In this document: positions 57,460-64,000 of the stretch, piece after piece
Numbering within the stretch: the first letter of the stretch is position 1
How the letters are laid out: every line of letters starts with the position of its first letter
Source: Candidatus Latescibacterota bacterium
Lineage (GTDB): Bacteria > Latescibacterota > UBA2968 > GCA-2709665
Length of the DNA: 64,000 nt
NCBI GenBank assembly: GCA_965219995.1
Contig: CBDCOX010000002.1
Span: forward strand, 1,216,001 to 1,280,000
Direction: 5' to 3'
Made by a program: the position numbers and the translations under genes
Notes under the pieces: generated by a model
What the model was told of the DNA's origin: nothing
What the model saw: only the letters and a program-made list of their open reading frames with translations
The model's database searches: none

Positions 57460-60294
57460 TTACCGCGCGCCCCTGAGGCCGTGTCGATCCAGCTTTTTGT
57501 ACAACCCGGAACGCGTCAGCCCCAACTCCAGAGCCGTTCGGGAGATGTTCCCTTTGTTCTTTTCAATCACCTCGGATAGAAAACGCTTTTCAACCGACTG
57601 AATAAAGGCTTTCAATGTACCTGCCGGTCCCTGTCCGCTACCCGTTTCTTGACGTATGCGTTCAGAAAGCAATTCAATGTCGATAACCCCGCCATTTTCC
57701 ACCAGAGCCACTGCGCGGCGTATCTCGTTATCCAGCTGGCGCACGTTGCCGGGCCAGTCGTGACTGACGTAGGCCCTCACGACCCCATCTGTAAATCCGG
57801 TCACAGTCTTTCCGGCTTCGCGGGCGGCGTTCCGCAGCAGATGCCCTGCCAAGAGCGGGATGTCGTCTTTTCTGTCCTTCAGAGGCGGCATCCTGATGGG
57901 CAACACCTGAAGGCGGTAGAACAGGTCTTTCCGAAACGCCCCCGCGGTTACCGCCTCCTCCAGGTCCGCGTTCGTTGCCGCGATGACGCGGACCTTGACC
58001 CTGCGTGGCGTGCTCTCACCCACCCGCCGAACCTCGCCGTCCTGCAGGACCCGGAGCAGGCTGGCCTGGACTTCGGGGGCGGCGTCCGCGATCTCATCGA
58101 GAAAGACCGTACCGCCGTGCGCGGTCTCGAACAGCCCGGCACGATCCGACGTGGCGCCCGTAAACGATCCCTTTGTGTGACCAAACAACTCGCTATGGAG
58201 CAAACCGCCGGACAGAGCCGCGCAATTCTGCGACAGAAATACACGGTCGCTGACGGCGCTGTTGTCGTGAATCGCGCGGGCCGCCAGTTCCTTGCCTGTA
58301 CCCGTCTCTCCCTGTATAAACACCGTTGCGTCGGTGCAGGCCGCGCGTTCGATCAACCGATAGACCGTCTGCATCGCACGACTGGCACCGACGAGCCCGC
58401 CCAATCCCTTCCTTCCGGTCGGGTCGCGCTCGCGATAAAGCGTCCGTTCCTCCAATCTGCTTCGCATCCGAGCCTGAACAATGCCCGCGGACAGGAGGCC
58501 GGCCATTGCGATCAGAAACCTGCGGTCCGCTTCGGAAATGTTGCTACCCGTACCGCGAAGATCCAGATACAATGCCCCCGGAGAACTCCACTCTGTCCGG
58601 GTCAGCGGAATACAGGCTACCGGACGTTGGTCGAAGGCGAATATACGCTGCCGATTCTCGAACTGCATTTCCGCCTCGACTTCTGCGCCGAAAACCGGTC
58701 TTTTGTTCTCGATCACCCGTCGCGCCACGTCCCGGTCAATGTCCATCGCCGCGCTACTTTCGCCCTCGCGAGACCGCGCCGCTTCGATACCCAACGCTCC
58801 CGACGCGGTATCCTTCACCACGACGGCGGCCGTGTCCGCCTCCACGGCCCCCAGACATACGTCCAGTATCCTGTTCATCAGTGACGTCAAATCGAGGCCC
58901 CGACCCAGATCCGCAGCAAGGTTGGAGACCGCCGCAATCCTGTCGTGGACCTGTCTGCTCGCCGTCGAACCCACGGTTTCAGATCGATCCTCCAGCCGCG
59001 CCAATCCGGCAAGGAGACTCGACGCCTGACGAACAAAGTGAGGTGTCTGCAGGGCCGACGCTTTGCGTGCCGCCGACTCCAGCCGCATCCGCGCCATTTC
59101 CGGATTGCCTTGCTCAAGATAATACCGGCCGGCGGCCAGCAGCGAGCGGCACCATTCGAATCTTTGGTTTGACCGGTCGCACGCGATGGCCCGCTCAAAC
59201 GCGTCTTCGGCCTCACAATTTCGCTTTGCGGCCGCCATCGCGACCCCGATCCCGCGCCAGGTCACCGTCGGAGTTTCGCCTGCCATCCGGGTGCCGGCGC
59301 GGGCTCTGTCCGCCCATCTCACCGCCTCGTCGGGGCGCCCCAGGGCCGAGCAGGCCTCCGCCATCAAGCCGAACGCCCAGTAGAGCTGATGGGCATCCTT
59401 TACGTGAGACAAGATCTCAACGGCCTTTCTTCCATATACCGAAGCGGACTTTGCATCGTTCTTCTCCAGTGCGATCGAACCGAGGTAGAACTGGCTCACA
59501 CCTTCCGTCACGGTCCGTCTCCAGTCGCGGTCTGACTCCAGCTGTTCGCGGAAAAACTCCTCAGCGTGTTTGAAACTTCCGGTTTGAAAAGCAGTCGTGC
59601 CGGTCAGATGCATATCGCCGATGCGACGGACCCTGCTACCCGCTTTGTCCGACTGTTCCAGAGCAGATTGGAACCCTGAATAAGCATCTCCAAGACGGTC
59701 GTTCAGATGGGCGATGCAAGCCCTGAAATAGCTGGCTTTCGACCTGCTCGCTGCGTCATCGGCCCTCTCGAAGTGTTCGGATATGCGCCCCAGTTCCACC
59801 CTGGCTTCCTCCCGACGTTCCATACGCACATAGAGGTCGGCCAGCCACCCCCTCGTATCCATTTCTTTCTTCACAGGGCCCAGTTTTCGGTAGATTGCAA
59901 TTGCATCCAGAAACGCCCGTTCCGCGTCGTCGTACAAACGGGAACGGGCGTTGAGAATGCCGAACTGGCACAGAACCATCGCCTTCTCGCCGGGCGCGTC
60001 GTTCTTAATCAGCGACCACGCATCCTGTGCTTTCTCCCTGGCCTCCTCGACATACCCCCGCGAAGACAGCGCGTTGGAATAATCGCACAGAAACCTAATC
60101 GCGGATCGGACGCTATCGGCAGGTACAGCATCCGGATCATCAACCGGAAAACGCGGCTTCGAAACGCCTTCAATCATAAATAACGCCCGGTCTGCGCTCA
60201 TCTGGCACCGTAATTCCGGCACGTCGCGAGGAGGGGCCGAGGCATGGCGGACCTCCCTTCTTCTCATGAAGTTGACAGGAAGACGGGCGCCCAC
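57460..60294 (-). CDS. Sigma-54 enhancer-binding protein: TPR, GAF, AAA+, Fis HTH (start uncertain)
   Basis: MalT-like TPR helices; GAF (VACIPL...GALYLD); GETGTGKE, GSFTGA, FLDEI, WPGNVRQL, GNISRTALELGLTRSGLYKKL. Confidence 0.92.
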   Translation of the reverse strand: MGARLPVNFMRRREVRHASAPPRDVPELRCQMSADRALFMIEGVSKPRFPVDDPDAVPADSVRSAIRFLCDYSNALSSRGYVEEAREKAQDAWSLIKNDAPGEKAMVLCQFGILNARSRLYDDAERAFLDAIAIYRKLGPVKKEMDTRGWLADLYVRMERREEARVELGRISEHFERADDAASRSKASYFRACIAHLNDRLGDAYSGFQSALEQSDKAGSRVRRIGDMHLTGTTAFQTGSFKHAEEFFREQLESDRDWRRTVTEGVSQFYLGSIALEKNDAKSASVYGRKAVEILSHVKDAHQLYWAFGLMAEACSALGRPDEAVRWADRARAGTRMAGETPTVTWRGIGVAMAAAKRNCEAEDAFERAIACDRSNQRFEWCRSLLAAGRYYLEQGNPEMARMRLESAARKASALQTPHFVRQASSLLAGLARLEDRSETVGSTASRQVHDRIAAVSNLAADLGRGLDLTSLMNRILDVCLGAVEADTAAVVVKDTASGALGIEAARSREGESSAAMDIDRDVARRVIENKRPVFGAEVEAEMQFENRQRIFAFDQRPVACIPLTRTEWSSPGALYLDLRGTGSNISEADRRFLIAMAGLLSAGIVQARMRSRLEERTLYRERDPTGRKGLGGLVGASRAMQTVYRLIERAACTDATVFIQGETGTGKELAARAIHDNSAVSDRVFLSQNCAALSGGLLHSELFGHTKGSFTGATSDRAGLFETAHGGTVFLDEIADAAPEVQASLLRVLQDGEVRRVGESTPRRVKVRVIAATNADLEEAVTAGAFRKDLFYRLQVLPIRMPPLKDRKDDIPLLAGHLLRNAAREAGKTVTGFTDGVVRAYVSHDWPGNVRQLDNEIRRAVALVENGGVIDIELLSERIRQETGSGQGPAGTLKAFIQSVEKRFLSEVIEKNKGNISRTALELGLTRSGLYKKLDRHGLRGAR

Positions 60295-60353
60295 GATATC
60301 GGGTCAAAATCGGTGCAATCTAAGGTTTTCTCTGACAGTGCAAATCGAGAGAA

Positions 60354-62495
60354 TCACCCGTTATCTTTCTGCGCCACCAGCAACTCCAGCGGATGGATGA
60401 CGTTGATGCCCGTGCCCTCGCGCAGGTGGATGGCGCACACGCTGCTTTCGGTGACGATGGTGTCCACCTTCGCCTCCTGAAACGCCTGAAACAGCGGTTC
60501 TCCCACGGCCTGCGAGAGTTCGAATCCGAGCATTCCCTTCTTCATCCCGAACGTTCCCGCCATGCCGCAGCATGTGCCCGTCTCGATCAGCTCGACCTCG
60601 GCGCCCCGCCGCCTCAGATAGTCCATGGCCTGGCGGCCCGCATCGAGGGGCCGCTGGTGGCAGGAGACGTGGAATCCGAACCGCCGGCCCTCGAAGGCAG
60701 CGGAAGGGGGCCCGCCTCCGGCGCGCGCTTCGAGCATTTCGAGATACGCGAACAGCTCGTGCGTCCGTTCCGATACGGCTTTCGCATCCGTAAAGCCTTG
60801 TAGGAGCTTGGGATAGGATATTTTCAGACAGTACGCGGCCGTCGGCTCCGTGGCGACGATATCGTAGCCCGACTCGACGTAGGGCGCCATGAGGCGCACG
60901 TTCTCCTCGGCCAGCTTCTTTGCGCGCTTGAGATCTCCATAGCCGATGTAGGGGTATCCGCTGCCGCGCTGCCTGGGCAGAACGACCTCGCATCCCAGCG
61001 CTTCCAGCGCCTCTACGGCCGCCCGGCCCAGTTCCGGCGCATTGTAATTCGCGAACAGGTCGGCAAAGAACACCACCCGGCCCGCCGGTTCCGCCACCCG
61101 CGGCGCCGTGCCCCTCTTCCTGAACCACTTCGCCAGCGTCTGTCGCCTGAACGGGGGCAACGCCCGTCGCCGGTCAATGCCCGTAAACGCCTCCATCGCC
61201 CACCGGAACGCGCGGTTCCTCATCATCCAGTTGGAGACGGGCGCCGTGGCGCAACCGAACTTCGCCATCCCCTCCGCGGCCATGAGAACCCGGTTGACCC
61301 GGGGGTGTCCGTTTTCCTCGCCGTCGCGGTCCTTCACGCCGGCAATCATCATGGGAATATCGATTCCGGCGGGACAGATCTCCTTGCAGAGCCCGCATGA
61401 GACACAAAGCGGCGCGAACTCGGCGGCCTTGTCCAGTCCGTGGACCTCCGACGTCCACGGGATCCCGATCGGTCCCGGATAGATATAGCCAAATGTGTGC
61501 CCGCCGACCACCCCGTAGGTGGGACAGATATTCATGCAGGCGCCGCAGCGGATGCAATTCAGCGCGTCCTTGAACAGGGGATCCTCACGCATCCGGCTGC
61601 GTCCGTTGTCCAGAATGACGATATGCGACTCCCGCGGCCCACGCCCGTCTCCCGTTCCAAGGGGAGACCGCCCCCCCATCATCGTCACGTACGTCGTCAG
61701 ATGCTGGCCCACCGCGCTGATGGGATGCGCGAGCATCATCTGCAGCGCATCCTCAACCGTATCCACGATCTTCTCGCATCCCATGATGCAGATATGGACA
61801 TCGGGAATACTTGAAACCAGACGCGCGTTGCCTTCATTGGTCTCGATTACGATCGCGCCGGTCTCCGCGACCCCGACGTTGGCGCCTGTCATCCCGATAT
61901 CCGCGTTCAGAAAAATCGGCCGCAGGTACTTGCGCACGATTCGCATAATGGCGTCCACGTCATCCGGCACGTCCTGCTGCGTCACCTCCCTGAATATTTC
62001 CGCGACTTCGACCGCCGTTTTGTGCACGGCAGGGAAGACCAGGTGAAAGGGTTTTTCCTTCACTTTCTGAATGATCAGTTCACCCAGGTCCGTCTCGATC
62101 ACGTCCACCCCCGCCTCTTCCAGAGGATGGTTCACCTCGATTTCCTCGCTCGTGAGAGACTTGGATTTGGCCACGGTCGTGGCGCCGCGCTTGTTTACGA
62201 TGTCCAGAATGTACGCAATCGCGGCCGGACCGTCTTTCGCCATGAAGACCCGCGCGCCGCGCTCCCGCACCTTTCGCGCAAACCTGTCCACCAGTTCGTC
62301 CTGCTGCTCCAGACACCGGACCTTGACGGAACGAACCTCGTTCCGGAAGCCCTCGCCTCCCGGCAGCGCCCCCACGGCCTTATGCCGGCTGTCGCGGCCG
62401 CGTTTCATGGCGGTGTAAAGCGCCGTCCGGCTGGACCGTGCCTCGAGCGCACGATCGATTTTCTCTTCCAGTTGCTGGTACCGACCCTTCAGCAT
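60354..62495 (-). CDS. LutB/LldF-like LUD and 4Fe-4S protein fused to C-terminal CCG (GlpC/LutA-like) domains
   Basis: KSKSLTSEE, ETDLGE, TNEGNARL, CIRCGACMNICP, CVSCGLCKEICP, FHVSCHQ, TCCGMAGTFG. Confidence 0.9.
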   Translation of the reverse strand: MLKGRYQQLEEKIDRALEARSSRTALYTAMKRGRDSRHKAVGALPGGEGFRNEVRSVKVRCLEQQDELVDRFARKVRERGARVFMAKDGPAAIAYILDIVNKRGATTVAKSKSLTSEEIEVNHPLEEAGVDVIETDLGELIIQKVKEKPFHLVFPAVHKTAVEVAEIFREVTQQDVPDDVDAIMRIVRKYLRPIFLNADIGMTGANVGVAETGAIVIETNEGNARLVSSIPDVHICIMGCEKIVDTVEDALQMMLAHPISAVGQHLTTYVTMMGGRSPLGTGDGRGPRESHIVILDNGRSRMREDPLFKDALNCIRCGACMNICPTYGVVGGHTFGYIYPGPIGIPWTSEVHGLDKAAEFAPLCVSCGLCKEICPAGIDIPMMIAGVKDRDGEENGHPRVNRVLMAAEGMAKFGCATAPVSNWMMRNRAFRWAMEAFTGIDRRRALPPFRRQTLAKWFRKRGTAPRVAEPAGRVVFFADLFANYNAPELGRAAVEALEALGCEVVLPRQRGSGYPYIGYGDLKRAKKLAEENVRLMAPYVESGYDIVATEPTAAYCLKISYPKLLQGFTDAKAVSERTHELFAYLEMLEARAGGGPPSAAFEGRRFGFHVSCHQRPLDAGRQAMDYLRRRGAEVELIETGTCCGMAGTFGMKKGMLGFELSQAVGEPLFQAFQEAKVDTIVTESSVCAIHLREGTGINVIHPLELLVAQKDNG

Positions 62496-62553
62496 CGTCC
62501 ACTTCCTTATGCACCAAATCCGTCTGTATCGAATTCGAACGACAGACGGTATC

Positions 62554-63123
62554 CTAGGCGTCCAGAATCACCGCGTGAGCCATCTCCGGGCCATGGACCC
62601 CCAGCGTGAGCCGCATCTCGATGTCGGCCGTGCGACTGGGGCCCGAAATGAACGTCACGGTGGCATTCTCAGGCTGATCTTCCATAAATTCCCGGATCCG
62701 GGGTCCGGCGTCCATCAGCGTCTCTTTGATCTCCTCGGCCCGAACGACGCCCAGATGCGCCCTTGGCAGCGTGGAAACGAGTCGGGTCGCGTCGTTTGTC
62801 GCGAACTCGACGAGCGCGCCCGCGTCGGCCACGGCAAACTCCGCCCAGGACACCCCTACATCCGCGGCGTCGATGGCGCCCGGCAACGTTGAACCGTCGT
62901 AGGGCGGCCTCAACAGCTCGACCCCGGCACCGGCGCACCGCGACTCCAGTTCCCGCATCAGCGCGTCCGGAAGCTCCGCCGCGGCCAGCCGGGTCCCCTC
63001 GCAATCGCGAACGACCGAGAGCACCGCCGCCGCCGCGGCCGCCATGCTGCCGGCTACGTGTACGCGTCCGGAGAGCGTTTCGTACTTGGATACAAACCTC
63101 TCGATGACTTCGGCCGACATCAT
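62554..63123 (-). CDS. LutC/YkgG-family LUD-domain protein
   Basis: FISGPSRTADIEMRLTLGVHGP; start may be the second ATG (63120). Confidence 0.92.
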   Translation of the reverse strand: MMSAEVIERFVSKYETLSGRVHVAGSMAAAAAAVLSVVRDCEGTRLAAAELPDALMRELESRCAGAGVELLRPPYDGSTLPGAIDAADVGVSWAEFAVADAGALVEFATNDATRLVSTLPRAHLGVVRAEEIKETLMDAGPRIREFMEDQPENATVTFISGPSRTADIEMRLTLGVHGPEMAHAVILDA

Positions 63124-63243
63124 CCTCCCCTTTCAATGACAACCCGACGCCATGCGTTTCGGGCGCCAACAAGGTAAGCGCAAAACGGTCCCGGGTCAAC
63201 CGTCACCCGGACGGACCGTGCTTCCGAACCGGTCCGTTTTCGT

Positions 63244-63272
63244 TTGTCGCCGTTGCGCGGGAAACGTATATT
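63244..63272 (+). promoter_or_regulatory. Sigma-70-type promoter
   Basis: TTGTCG (63244-63249), 17 bp, TATATT (63267-63272). Confidence 0.5.
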
Positions 63273-63423
63273 CGTCGGTCCCGGATCGAAGCCGATTCAG
63301 CGTCTCGTCAGACCGGGTTCTTTCCGATCGTTTCCCGGCGATGCGGTCGCGCGTTCCCGTCGATTTCCCGGGGCTCCCCGCTGCTGCATTTCTGACGTGC
63401 GCGCCAACCCACGGAGCATTTCA

Positions 63424-64000
63424 ATGGTGAATCCCATTCGCATTCTGCACATCGGCCTGGGGCCGCTCGGACAGATGCTGGGACCGTTTCTGGCGGAGAA
63501 GGATCACCTGAAACTGGTCGGCGCCATCGACATCGATCCGGAAAAGGCCGGCCGCGACCTGGGAACCCTGTATGGCCTCGAGCGGCCGCTGGACGTCGCC
63601 GTTGCGTCAGAACCGGACGCAGGGACGATGAACGGCGCGGACGTCGCCGTCGTCACGACGGTGTCCGAACTTCGCGCGCTGTTCCCCACGCTTGAACGGA
63701 TGATGGAGGGCGGACTGAACGTGGTCTCCACCTGCGAGGAACTGGCCTATCCCTGGGTTGCGGAACCGGAGCTTGCACGTCGCATCGACGATATCGCGAA
63801 GGCCAACCGTGTCTCCGTACTGGGCACCGGTGTGAACCCGGGGTTCCTGATGGACTTTCTGCCCACCGCGGCCACAGCCGTCTGCCGGAACGTGGAATCC
63901 ATCCGGATCGATCGTATCCAGGACGCCTCAAGGCGGCGATTACCCTTCCGCCGGAAGATCGGCGCCGGACTTTCGATCGACGCCTTCGAGAAACGCGTCC
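63424..64000 (+). CDS. DapB-N / 2,4-diaminopentanoate-dehydrogenase-like NAD(P) oxidoreductase (3' truncated; not in ORF track)
   Basis: Translated by hand: MVNPIRILHIGLGPLG...GAIDIDPEKAGRDLG...NVVSTCEELAYPW...LGTGVNPGFLMD...RRRLPFRRKIGAG; RBS GGAG. Confidence 0.85.
   Translation, partial: MVNPIRILHIGLGPLGQMLGPFLAEKDHLKLVGAIDIDPEKAGRDLGTLYGLERPLDVAVASEPDAGTMNGADVAVVTTVSELRALFPTLERMMEGGLNVVSTCEELAYPWVAEPELARRIDDIAKANRVSVLGTGVNPGFLMDFLPTAATAVCRNVESIRIDRIQDASRRRLPFRRKIGAGLSIDAFEKRV

Noticed and set aside
1-64000. tRNA, rRNA, tmRNA, SRP RNA or known riboswitches
   Set aside because: No cloverleaf or family signature recognised by eye in intergenic regions; an Infernal/tRNAscan run is needed to exclude them

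Overview
A GC-rich bacterial chromosome segment with no rRNA, tRNA, CRISPR array or intact transposase that I can see. The paired-EF-hand (dockerin-like) tags, WD40/NHL surface proteins and DUF6785-type membrane protein suggest a Latescibacterota/Gemmatimonadota-like, possibly host-associated organism; this is inference, not a classification. Layout: (1) 1-14.6 kb housekeeping genes (AlaC-like aminotransferase, argJ, aspartate aminotransferase, accA, comEC, truA, HtrA protease, pssA, tatA, gatAB). (2) 14.7-38.7 kb catabolic and unknown genes, including a DUF6785-type membrane protein, a 1506-aa fusion of an M28-like domain with rearranged metal ligands to a MacB/FtsX permease, and a SpeD-SpeE fusion. 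(3) 38.8-56 kb variable region with lower-GC patches, three dockerin-like-tagged proteins (one split by a 1-bp deletion), a decayed repeat gene, an IS21-like end, REP-like palindromes, and a diverged second copy of the 3' end of an Ldh_2 gene that brackets an inserted gene. (4) 56-64 kb two tandem sigma-54 activators, LutC plus a LutB-CCG fusion, and a partial DapB/Ord-like dehydrogenase. Best candidates for undescribed systems: the DUF6785 + M28-FtsX operon, the cohesin/dockerin-like display of non-CAZyme cargo, and the recombination scar suggesting how the variable region grows. All family calls are from motif recognition; no searches were run.
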